DNA of 64,000 nt, taken from positions 146,508,001 to 146,572,000 of the forward strand of contig NC_058368.1 in assembly GCF_018350175.1 (NCBI RefSeq), given 5' to 3'. Positions 25,594 to 37,284 of this stretch are shown piece by piece. A program made the translations under genes and the position numbers. How positions within the stretch are numbered: the stretch's first letter is position 1; every line of letters starts with the position of its first letter. The notes under the pieces were generated by a model, which worked only from the letters and a program-made list of their open reading frames with translations, did not search any database and had not been told where the DNA came from. Origin of the DNA: Felis catus. Lineage: Eukaryota.

Positions 25594-27450
25594 CATATTG
25601 CTAAGTTTTGTGGTCATTCTGCAGTCATCACTTTGTTCACACTGGTCACTTGAAAACATGAAAATTTGGGACTAATACAAGGAAAGTTCACCACACTGAC
25701 TAATTTAATTTACTGTAGCTAGACCCATAAGGAGTCACCAGTAACATGGCCATGTTGCAGGCAACCAGCTTATCAACATGCACCATCCAGCACACACATA
25801 TGTACACCCCTCACTGGGATTCTCCTCTGCCATATCTCCCCTCCAAACCTAATCATGAGCTCAAAGGAAAAATTCCCTCCTCTTTGTATCCTAAATTCTG
25901 CCTCCTGGACCATCGTGAATCCCAGAATCTCTGTCTCCTTCCAAAATGATTTTGTAAATTCTCCAAGGAAAGCCCCACACCTTGCCTGTGGGTCAGTCTT
26001 AACCTGTATCCTTAAGCAGACAAATGGTTCAATATCAGTGTATTTCCCCCAAACTAGAGCCATTGAACCATTCATACACTAAGTATGGGACATCTGCAAT
26101 CCATTCTAAGCTGCACCAAGCCCAATCAAGTTCAAACATACCCAACTTTCTTTAGTCTTCAGATTCCCTGATACCAAGATCTTGACATATGGGAACAATA
26201 TCATGAATACATGTATTTATTGTACACACATACACACACCTCATTGACCTGTATGCTCTGAGATGGTCTTCTTAACAATAAACAGTAATATGCTATTATA
26301 AAGCATAAATTCATATAAAGACAAAAAAAAAAGTTTTCTGCCCTGGACTCTGCTCTCCTCCACCCCAAAAACTATCTGCAGAGAAAAAGAACTGTGTGAA
26401 AACATATTTGATTTATGTGACTAAATGGAAGACCCATCCTCTGGACCTAAAGGGTCTCACTCCAGGTTGTTATTTCGGCCTCAAGAATAGAGATATTTAC
26501 TTTCTTTATTATTTAGAACTGAAAGGCACATTGGGTTGTTTTTCTCAGATTAAAAAGGCTGCATCAAAATGGCAAATTCCTTACTTTCACCTTTTGGTGT
26601 CCAAAAACTTCTAAAGGGCATCCAATGCAGGAAAGCTCTTGCATATGATGTGTTGAGTGTTTGGGTTGATACACATTCCTCCTCTATAATCTGGGCTTCC
26701 TTTACCTATTAGATAATAATAATACTTTGATTCCAAAATCAAAATCATTGGTTTTCATGCCATATAATAAATTCTCACATCTTTTCTGAATTGTGAAATG
26801 ATAGCTGTCTCTAGAATACAGTGATATTTTTCTGTCAAACTGTCATTAGGAAAAATTGTAAGGAGACTCTGCATGTGGTTTCTTAGAGTGGCCTATAATA
26901 AGTTAAATCTGATTAATTTCCCTTTAAATATGCAATGAACAAAACCCATTCCCACCCTCCACCCCCGCTTTTTAAATTTCTGCTACATGGGACTAGTCCA
27001 TGGGAGAAAAATTGCTCTTTCTCCATCTTTTCCCCTTGATCTCTCATGATCCCTTCATTGGGTCCCCACTGTTCTGTTTCCAACCTTCCCACTAAGAAAA
27101 TATACCTGCCCAAGTCTCTTATCCTGGGATATTCCTGCATGACAAGGTAGCCAATAAATTGATGCCATAGATAAAGGACAGTTAACCTGGACTGGCTACC
27201 TTTTGTCTTGTTATATGTTCCATTTGACAGGCCTTCATTGAGCTAACTCAGAATTATTGACATAAGGTTTCTTGTTTGTTTGTTCGTTTGTTTTCTGTAG
27301 CCACTCAGTGAGGCTTTTCTTTTAATCAGTCACTAGAGTATATGAAGCAGGCAGTTCTGGATTCCATGTCCAGTATTGAGTTGGTTCAGATGCACAGAGA
27401 CGTCGGAGCAAATGATGCAAGGTCAAACTGTTCTTAAAACATGGCTCTGG

Positions 27451-27675
27451 GGGGGCGCCTGGGTGGCGCAGTCGGTTAAGCGTCCGACTTCAGCCAGGTC
27501 ACGATCTCGCGGTCCGTGAGTTCGAGCCCCGCGTCAGGCTCTGGGGTGATGGCTCAGAGCCTGGAGCCTGTTTCTGATTCTGTGTCTCCCTCTCTCTCTG
27601 CCCCTCTGCCCCTCCCCCGTTCATGCTCTGTCTCTCTCTCTGTCCCAAAAATAAATAAACATTGAAAAAAAAAAA
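27451..27675 (+). mobile_element. Young felid Can-SINE, first of a tandem pair
   Basis: GGGGCGCCTGGGTGGCGCAG head, CAGCCAGGTC variant, A tail. Confidence 0.96.
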
Positions 27676-27689
27676 AAAACATGGCTCTG

Positions 27690-27918
27690 GGGGCGCCTGG
27701 GTGGCTCAGTCGGTTAAGCGTCCGACTTCAGCTCAGGTCACGATCTCGCAGTCCGTGAGTTCGAGCCCCGCGTCGGGCTCTGGGCTGATGGCTCAGAGCC
27801 TGGAGCCTGCTTCTGATTCTGTGTCTCCCTCTCTCTCTGCCCCTCCCCCGTTCATGCTCTGTCTCTCTCTGTCTCAAAAATAAATAAACGTTAAAAAAAA
27901 AAATTAAAAAAAAAAAAA
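27690..27918 (+). mobile_element. Young felid Can-SINE, second of a tandem pair
   Basis: GGGGCGCCTGGGTGGCTCAG head, CAGCTCAGGTC variant, A tail. Confidence 0.96.
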
Positions 27919-28076
27919 AAAACATGGCTCTGGTTCCTTACTACAGTGAGGTCTACGCTGAACCTCAGTATATAAAGCAACAAAAGAAGAGTTGGAGTAG
28001 GATCCAAGAATTCGGTCCCCCTTATCCTTTGGGAAAAAATTTACAAGCCATTCGTCCAGTGATTAAGAGATTCAGA

Positions 28077-28280
28077 TTAAGAGAACAGATTCAGGAGTCA
28101 AACAGTTGAATTCAAACCCTTGTTCTGGGTGACTCTTGGGAAATGTCTTCCTCTCCCTGCACTTCACTTTTGTCATTTCTAAAATGCAGCCAATAATCTC
28201 ATCACAGGTGGTTCTGAAGATTAAATGAGATCATGTAAAACGGCACTTAGCACAGTGCCTGGTGCCCAAGAAGAGCCGTG
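28077..28280 (+). mobile_element. MIR SINE
   Basis: GGAGTCAAACAG..TTCAAACCC..GAAGATTAAATGAGAT..GCACTTAGCACAGTGCCTGG. Confidence 0.85.
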
Positions 28281-29739
28281 TTAAAGGTGCGGGATGGTTA
28301 GTGTTAGTCTGCTGCCACTTCCGTTTTAACCAAAACTATTAGGACAGATGGGTGCAGTATGATGCCCCATGCAATAGAGCTGTTGCCCATGACCGAACAC
28401 TCTCCTGAGGGTAGCAGAACAATCGCTGTTTTGTAAATTAGTTAAACCACTCCCTAGTGTGGCTAATGATGACTAATACAGCAGAAGGGAGTTGGCCACC
28501 CTTGTGCAAGACACAGTTGGGAAGTTGACTATGCTCTGCTTACAGAAATTCAGGTCACTGCCAAGCTCTAATCCATGTCACTCCTGCCATAGTTCTAATC
28601 TTAGAAGAAATTCACTCATTTGTAGAATACACGTCAACCTTTAACATATACTAAATACAATTTTGGGGGAATTCCCAGCCAACTTCCTAAAGCAAAATAC
28701 ACTCCATGAATAGTGTCCTAATAGCCTTTGATGAGGCAGATTGTATTGGTATCTACAGTTTAGCATGGGGAGAGACATAGTCCTTGATAGATAAGTAATG
28801 GGAATAAAACCTGGAAAACTCATATTTTGATGGAAACAGTAAAATGGTTCCCTTGGACCACAGTATCTGAATTCTTTCATTTTTGTACTGCTAATAGCAC
28901 AGAGAAGCACAATATTTCAGCTAAGAGTGTTAGAAAGGTACAGGCATTAAACAAATGTCTAACAGTTTAAATGGTTTCTTAGAAGGGACTGAAATATGCT
29001 TCCTCATCTTATATACACATCCTTTTTACATATTGCTCCAGATAGGATTGCAAAAGCAATGATCTTGCAAGAAACAAGACCTCAACTGAAAATGATATGC
29101 ACTGTTAAAATACGAAATAAAACACACAAGCCAACAAAGCTGAGATTTAAAAAAAAAAAAAAACTTGTATTTTTTTCCCCTTATGTTTCATTTGCCTATA
29201 CTCATTCCAACTTGGCCTAATTTGCTGATCACAAATCTGGATATATTACCAAGACCTTGTCAGGATGCTGAGAAGGGACAGGAGCCCCCAACTCAGGTTT
29301 TAGCTATTTCAGGGCTACTTCTGCTTTCCCTAAACTTCCCCTCTATCACCACTGAGGCCTTTTAAAGGATATTACCAAGAACTTGGCAATGAGGTCATGT
29401 GTCCTTTGTCACTACGTGTCTGATTCTTGTTATAGATTCCCTGATGCCTCAGTTCTCAAAGCTGTGGATCCGGAGCTGTGGCTGTTGTCTGTCTGTAGTG
29501 GGAGAAAAGTAGAGAGAAAAGTAGGGAGAAAACTGCTTAGGAGAAAAGTAGATTCCGTGCTAGAAGCATGTGACTCCCACGCTCCACATCTTGTGTTATG
29601 GGTCACTCAAACATGCTCCCTGAGAAAGCTCTCAGGAACAGGGAAATCATCATTATTTCCTCATTCCTTATCTCTGGGAGAGAGAGAAGGGCCAGTCCCT
29701 TTTAGAATCCCCCCTATCTTCCGAGTGCATCTCTGCTTT

Positions 29740-30224
29740 TGAAGTGTCAATAAGCTCCAACTGAACTCATCATCTCCCTTCTATCTTTAGCCACATCTCG
29801 TTCCTATTTTGGTGCTTTCCAAATTGGTGAAAGGCACCAACCTTGTCGTGGTTGTTATCACTGACTCTTCCATCTCCTGACCAGACATTTTCTTCCATCA
29901 AATCACCAAATTTTGTTACTTCTTCCTCTATAATGGCCAATTTTCTCTACCATCACCAACACTACTGCCACTAACAGAACTACTACTATTGCCTGGATCT
30001 GTGTCACAGATTTCTAGTGAGTCTTGCCCTTTAACCTTGCCCCTTCTCAATCCTCCTGGTTCAGTCATTTTCCAGCTCCACTTTCCTTAATTGCTCCCTA
30101 CTGCCTTCAATGAAAAATGTCCAGTATTCTTAAATTGTCTTATAAGGCCTGTCGGATATGATGCCTCCTTACTTCAGTGACATTTTTGTCATTCTTTCTT
30201 TTGCTACTCTTCCCTCCCCTCCAC

Positions 30225-30258
<34 letters not shown>

Positions 30259-30655
30259 CTGTACATATTGGCACTACATCTTTCCATGCTCTCTCTTCCC
30301 TTCCAAGTCCTTGAATATGCGCTTCCTTTGTCCTGAATACCCTTTCTCACTATGCTGTCTCCATTCTTTGACTAATTCCTATTCATCTTTTAAGTCTTGA
30401 GTTGAATGTCACTTCCTCAGAAAGCTTTCCCTGACCATGTAAATCCTGATTAGGCATTCTTCATAGATCCTGTGTCCACACCATATTCCCCCCACCATAT
30501 AGCACTTAGCACATTTAGTCCACATGGCCCTTGTAACTGCATGTTTGCTTCTCTGTCTCTGTCACAGTTATTCATAAAGACAAGAAGCCAATCTTTTTCA
30601 GTGTTCAATTCTTTGTACCCAGAGTAGGTCTTCCTGAATACATAAATGAGTATAA
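29740..30655 (+). mobile_element. Degraded L2 LINE containing a ~31-nt poly(A) run
   Basis: CTCCAACTGAACTCATCATCT, CCATCAAATCACCAA, AATGTCACTTCCTCAGAAAGCTTTCCCTGACC; poly(A) at ~30226-30256. Confidence 0.7.
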
Positions 30656-31732
30656 TGGAAGCAAACGTGAGAAAGTATTTAAAGGAGTGTCAACATGTCA
30701 GATGCATCTGAGAGAGCAATGACCTTTGGCCCCATGTGAAAGTGGTTTGTGACTGTGATAAGAGCACTCTCCGAGATGTAACAGAGTAGAGTGGAGTGGA
30801 GTGTGTTGAAACTGCCTACGACGTTAGTACATGTAGACAGCAAATGCATACAAATTTACTGTGAGATGTGCCATGGTAAGAGGAAGACAGTGCTGCTGAG
30901 GAGAGAGAGGGCATGACTGCAGGGACACATTACGTGAACGATTAAAGACACTGCTTGTAAGAAAGTCACAATTGTCCTTAGGGTCACACAGAAGGCAGAC
31001 CCAAAAGAAGGAATGACTATTTTGGCAAAAGCTCATGAGCACATTTTGAATCTCAGATTCGGATAAAATGTGCTAGGACAAAGGAGTTAAAATTCCAGAA
31101 AACACTCAGGAAGTAAGTTTACAATGTTGCTTCACTGCTTTGTGCAGCAAGTAATAACTTTATTGGTAGCTTTTGTTGGCTTGTTGTGATAACCACATAA
31201 AGGAAAAGAGCTATAAGTGAGATGCAGGGAATGTTTATGCTTTCGTTTATTATTCAATATGGACGTCACAAGGGTATGAGGAGTCGCACAGCAAATAACC
31301 GTGTACTCACAACCTACCTTCAGGACTAACATTTTATTAAATGCAGCAGAAGACCTGGTGCATCTTGAATTTAAAATGACTTTTATCCCAGTTGTACAGG
31401 TCTCCAGTTAAGGCACAGATTAATTTTTTAGCATGAAAAAAAAATGTTTCCACTATGGAAAACCAACCTGTTGAAGTTTATACAGAAAATATTTTCAGTA
31501 AACAAAGAAGAGTGCAGAGTTTCAGGAAGAAAGTGTGAGGGTCATGATGACAAAAGCAATGGAGGACCCACAGATGTGCCCCAGGCCCTCCTCACTGTCA
31601 TCAATCATAAGCCTGTCCTATTCCACAGTTCCAACCACTAGGTCTTGGACCCCTGGGGGTAGCAGAATTTATTGTGAGGGGTCTGTAAATCCATATGCAC
31701 ATTCAGTATGACTAGACTAAATAAATAATATG

Positions 31733-31733
<1 letters not shown>

Positions 31734-31767
<34 letters not shown>
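31734..31767. repeat. (CA)n microsatellite
   Basis: Direct read. Confidence 0.95.
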
Positions 31768-31770
<3 letters not shown>

Positions 31771-32171
31771 CTATTTTTTAAATGTCTATAGGTGAGGTGA
31801 TGAATAAAATATAAATACACTTGTTTCACTGAATTAATAGAAGCCTTTGATCATTATGTATTTTCTCAGTCTATAGACATTGAAAGTATAATGTCTAGCA
31901 TGATACAGTCCTCATACTCAAAGGAGATTGGACTATTGCCATTGTTATTTACTAGAAAACATGTATAAAGCCATTGGATGATGAATTAAACAAGAGGCAA
32001 AACGTTTTCTTTAATGTTTCACTAATTATTTGCATTACCAAAGGTTTCCATAAACAAACTGTTGTATACACTCTTTGTCTTTGCAGGATGCCTTTATGCT
32101 AACACCCTCCTTAGTCCATACGTCACACAACAAACACCATCAGATCTTGGAAAATGAAATAGAGTATCTAA

Positions 32172-32297
32172 GGGGTGCCTGGGTGGCTCAGTTGGTTAAG
32201 TGTCTGACTTCCAATTTCGGCTAAGATCATGATCCCAGGGTTGAGGGATTGAGCCCCACATCAGGCTCTGCACTGACAGGGCACCCACCTGCTTGGG

Positions 32298-32345
<48 letters not shown>

Positions 32346-32349
32346 CCTC
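32172..32349 (+). mobile_element. Can-SINE lacking its 3' end and A tail
   Basis: GGGGTGCCTGGGTGGCTCAG head, long (CT)n, ends abruptly at CTGCCCCTC. Confidence 0.9.
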
Positions 32350-33794
32350 GGGTGCTCTTATCTGCCTAGATACTCAGCATGCACCCTTAAGAGTGTCGAT
32401 TTGTTTGTTTGGTAATCATTTATTTCCAATGTATTTGTCTCTTCTCACAAATAAGATAATAAACTGAAATATCTAAGCACATAATTTGTATTTTATGTTG
32501 AATGGAATTGACTGTGGAGGAAAAGAAACTCTCACCCTGTCTCAGTTCTCTCTCTCGCTAGTGTCTAAGTGAGCAATAGAAATGCTCTTTGATATTCAGA
32601 CATGTTTTACAAAAACTCTTCACTGAAATGTTTTCCACAGTGAGACAGCACATAAGATGGCACATGACCCAACACCGTTACTCTGATTCCCATAATGAAA
32701 AGTTGATTTATTTATCAGTTTTCTTTCAATGTTTATGATCACATAAAAGAAGAAACCTTAATTTAGTGTTGGCGTATATTTAACACTTCTTACAGGTCCC
32801 CACCCTCCCTCCATTTTTCATTTATTTTTTAACAGAGAGAGTGTCTAGGTCTCACATTCAGAGCCTTTAGCACAAGGTAGCAATGTTTACATAAGTTTTA
32901 AAGCATTTTCTTTTATTCATTGTATATATATCGTGTAGCTTCCATCTATTTAAGGCAAACAGTAGATTCTTTTTCCATCTACAGTAGTGATATAATCTTG
33001 TAAAATAATAGAGTGAGTCCGGTTAAAGAAAAATATTACATAGATACCGATTTGATAGTACAGCCGAAACCATGTGAGTTACTTAAGAACGAAGTTTGGG
33101 AGCTCCTGCTTTATTATAAAGCAAATAGATTATTGGGAAACATGGAATAATAACCTGTGAGCACTAAATATTTTATCAAGGCAGAAAAGCTAGTCATCAC
33201 ACAACATTGTAAATAAGAGGTTAATGTTATGGCCATACAGAAGTGAGTAGGCATGTGTGAGTTAGAGTTTTGACTTGACATTTTCCACCATACACTATTA
33301 TATGTGGTTACCAATAGCATTGGCTTCAACATCTTTGTGAAGAAGAATGTGAAAAAAATAAATTTGCTTGTTTTTAACCTGGACGTTTATCATTTTTCTG
33401 CTGCACAGTGTCACAGAATCCATTAATAAAAGGGGTTAAAGATTACGCCCCGAGAGGCTGGCAAAACAGTTCTCAAGTGCATTACTCAGCTCGAGGCAGA
33501 CGTCACAAGGGGAACTGGCTGTCGTTTTAAAGCTAGTGGGTGTAAAACTTGCTGTTTCTTTCTATTTGTCTGTGAGATAATTCTGGCTCTCCCTTTCCCT
33601 CCAGGACATGGCTGCCAAAAAGAATTAATCCCATACCTACCCCATTCATGATGACCTCGGAAACAGGAGAAGCAAACATTTCTTACTGTTAACCAGAAGC
33701 ATTTCCCCCAAATGACTGCAAATAGCACAAATGTCTGTTCCATTGATAGATAATTCCAGTGACACTTTTTTTTTTTCAGCCAAGTAGAGATAGC

Positions 33795-34020
33795 GTCACA
33801 GCAGGATAAAGTGGGCTGGAGTCACTAACTTTGACGTTCCAATCCTGGATCTCCCACTGCCTAACTCTCTTCTCTCAAGCCAGCCACTTAACCTCTCTTT
33901 TGAAGTCAGCTTCCTCACAAATGAGACCAGCTCACGTGTACTTCTTGTCTAAGCACCAGATAAGGCAGATAATGTACAGAGGCAGTAGCCACAGCTTAAT
34001 CCACAGTGTAAAAGTGCTTT
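33795..34020 (+). mobile_element. Degraded MIR
   Basis: GGCTGGAGTCA..TTCCAATCCTGG..CACTTAACCTCTCT..TCAGCTTCCTCA. Confidence 0.55.
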
Positions 34021-35133
34021 CCGGAAGGGCTTCTCCCCCACCCCAGGATTTCTTAAATTACTAAACTTCATATGCTGTCCACCAGTGTCAAAGGCGACAG
34101 CCAAATAAAAGGCCCGTCCTTGTACTAAAGACCAGGCCTTTCCCTGGTTATGGACTTATTTTAATCATGAACCTTGATATACTTGTAGAAAAAGTTGACT
34201 TGTTTTTCTTCATATCTCCCTGTTGGTGGGTATCGTTTAATGGGAAAGTTTTCAGTTTTTTATTTGCTTTTAGTTGTATTTTGCGTGTATGTATTTTTAG
34301 TTTTTTTAGTTTTCTGATTTTCCAGGTATCTACAGAAGACTCGAAATATCCACCTTACTTTCCAGAGAAATAGTTTTTATAAAACAGAGATGCCATTTGT
34401 TATCCATAAAACATGCTCTTTTTTTGACATCTCCTGTAATATAGAGAAGACATATTCGTGTATTTACTTGGGCTGAGAAAAGATAGCAAAATTTAGTCTT
34501 GGATATGTATAGATAACACTGTTATCTATTGCCTCCACCATTACCAAAGAACTGGGTTCAGTCAGAATAGGTATTTGCTGAACAGTAAGGAATACTAAGA
34601 GATAATCTTGTGTGGGCAAATTAGTTTGTATACTTGACCCAAGCAGTTAGCACAGAGCAAAAGGGACCCAGTTTTCTGGAACCCTGTATCATATATTGTT
34701 GACTCCTGCTAGTTATTTCTTCTATGCAGACTCTCATGAACTAAAAAAAGCAAATTGACTTCCAAAAGTTAACCTATGCATGAATAAAAGCACAACATAC
34801 ACAGGATGTTTTAGTCCTTCTGAATTCTTTGATGTTCTATCTCTAATAAGGAACTAACTAGATTGAATTTAAATTCTTCAGATATGAAGTAAAACATGTA
34901 TTCAATATATTTTACAACCTTTGAGACTGTAGAGATAAATGATTATTTTGTAAAGTGGCTTTTGAACCTTACCTTGATTCTGAAGGTTCAAAGGAACAAA
35001 TTATGGTTGAGAAGACTGATAAGAACCAATATTTGTTGAAGATTGAAAAGCCTCAGGGACATTTTTTGTGTCTGATTTGACCAAATCTGTTGACCATTTT
35101 AGCTTTTCATCCATCTCATTAGAAATAGTTTTC

Positions 35134-35366
35134 GGGGCGCCTGGGTGGCTCAGTCGGTTGAGCGTCCGACTTCGCTCAGGTCACGATCTCACGGTCCGTG
35201 AGTTCAAGCCCCGCATCGGGTTCTGCGCTGACAGCTCAGAGCCTGGAGCCTTCTTCAGATTCTGTGTCTCCCTCTCTCTCTGGCCCTCCCCCCGTTCATG
35301 CTCTGTCTCTCTCTGTCTCAAAAATAAATAAATGTTAAAAAAAAATTTAAATTAAAAAAAAAAAAA
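35134..35366 (+). mobile_element. Felid Can-SINE, first of a tandem pair
   Basis: Full head, body and A tail; TSD AGAAATAGTTTTC. Confidence 0.95.
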
Positions 35367-35383
35367 AGAAATAGTTTTCAACA

Positions 35384-35590
35384 GGGGCACCTGGGTGGCT
35401 CAGTCAGTTAAGCATCCAACTTCAGCTCAGGTCATGATCTTGGGGTTTGTGGGTTCGAGCCCCGCATCAGGCTATGTGCTGACAGCTCAGAGCCTGGAGC
35501 CTGCTTCACATTTCGTGTCTCCTCCTCTCTCGGCCCCTCCCATGCTCATGCTCTGTCTCTCAATAAGAAACAAACGTTAAAAAATAAAAA
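35384..35590 (+). mobile_element. More diverged Can-SINE, second of a tandem pair
   Basis: GGGGCACCTGGGTGGCTCAG head; TSD AAATAGTTTTCAACA. Confidence 0.95.
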
Positions 35591-37284
35591 AAATAGTTTT
35601 CAACAAAGATAACCATTACGCAAATTACAAGTGGTGTGTTATGTGCGTGATTAGGTTTTCCATTTTTCTTCCTTTGAAGCTTTAAAAAAAAAAATCTTTT
35701 GGTGGTTATTATAATGGAAGTCCACTTTCATACTAGATTTCCTTCATTTCTCTTTAACCGTGATTCTGAGCTGAATCTCCACCAAGGGGGAAGTAGCATT
35801 GGTGCTAATCCCAACTTGGCAGAATTATTGGGTTCCACCCCAACAGTCACCAAAACATTTGGGTTTAGTCAGAATACCAATTCATCACTTCATAAAACCA
35901 AAGCTCTTCTCCATCCCACAGTAACCTGTTCATAGACCGTAGGGAGAATGAGAGAGATGTGAATAGACTCACTGAATAATAGGGCCTGGCCCTCTCAGAC
36001 GTCAAAAGAGATCTGAGAACCTTCCATTTCTTAAGGCTCCTGGAGTATTAAAACAAGAAGAGGAGAAGAGGAAAAACACCAGAACAGCATAGAAATAAAG
36101 TGTAGCACATTTTAAGTGCTTAAAATCATGCTTTAAACACCTGAAATATAAAATAACCTTTCTGGAAGACAAGATCAAATGGCCAGATTTGAGGCTGTTT
36201 GTGATTATAACAGCCCTAGCTAAATGGTTTTACTAAAGACACCTAGCTCCCAATCATCATAGCTCCTGCTCAGGGCTGAATGGAAGTTCCAGGATCATTT
36301 AGCCTCATTTGATAGATATAGATTAAAAAAACTGAGGCCAAAGAGTGCAAATTATGTGCTTTAGAGTGCAGTTAGTTGGTGAAAAAGCAGATCTCTGTAT
36401 ACTCTCTGTGCAAATGGAAGGCACAGAAGAGGTCTTGAGTGGGCGAAATGACTACTAGCAGTTGATAAGGTGATGAGTATCAAAAGCAATATTGCAGGGA
36501 AAGTAATTGTTGGGCAAAGCCACCATAAAATGGACTGAGTCATGGCCAGATGTGGCTAATCAAGACTCCTGATTGACATTTCTGCATGATTTCGGTGAGG
36601 GCTGCATTTATGACACTACTTCATAAGGCAAAATTGGAGATTCCTTATTTCCAATACCCTTATTCTGTGGTTAGTTCTCTAGTTGGAAATCTGTGTGAGA
36701 TCCTCATGGAGACGGGTGTTAACTTTTCCCATTGAATTTCTAAGCTAGGAAGCTGGGACTCTTAGGAGTCGATTTTGACTCAGTCTTTTGTGAGACACTC
36801 TCATCTTTGAGTCATGCTTTAATAATTTGGATCTCAGCAATAACTTTATTTATCTTGGGGAATTTTACTTTTCTGGACAACCAGAATAATTCCTCTTTTA
36901 GATATCAGAAGCAGACACTGGAAAAGCTGCTTTCTGTGTCGTTTTCATACTGTTAGGATTCTGGGCTCCTTAGTAACTTGGCCAACTGTCTTGAATCAAA
37001 TGTTAGGCGAGTGCTATTGGCTCTATCTCCTCATAGATCATTTCCAGCTGTTAGAACAACACAAATATGAAATCTTCTGAGCCAGGAAAACTTGAAGTTT
37101 TCATTAGATCCCCATACAAAGATTAGATGCAATGATTAAAAAGAAGTATCAATCCCCTGTGTTTGGAGGGTGATGGGATATGGATAGCATCACACTGTTA
37201 GTGGAAATATAATTTGTTAGAAACATTCCAGTAGGCAATTTGACAATATGTGTCAAAAGCCTCAAAATGTGTATATTCTCCAAT

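Noticed and set aside
27451..27540. tRNA-like A and B boxes in SINE heads (also in the other Can-SINEs)
   Set aside because: Can-SINEs are tRNA-derived; these heads run into the SINE body and are not tRNA genes.
27436..27933. Three identical 15-bp repeats with ~225-bp spacers, superficially array-like
   Set aside because: Not CRISPR: eukaryotic DNA, and the spacers are SINEs while the repeats are target-site duplications.
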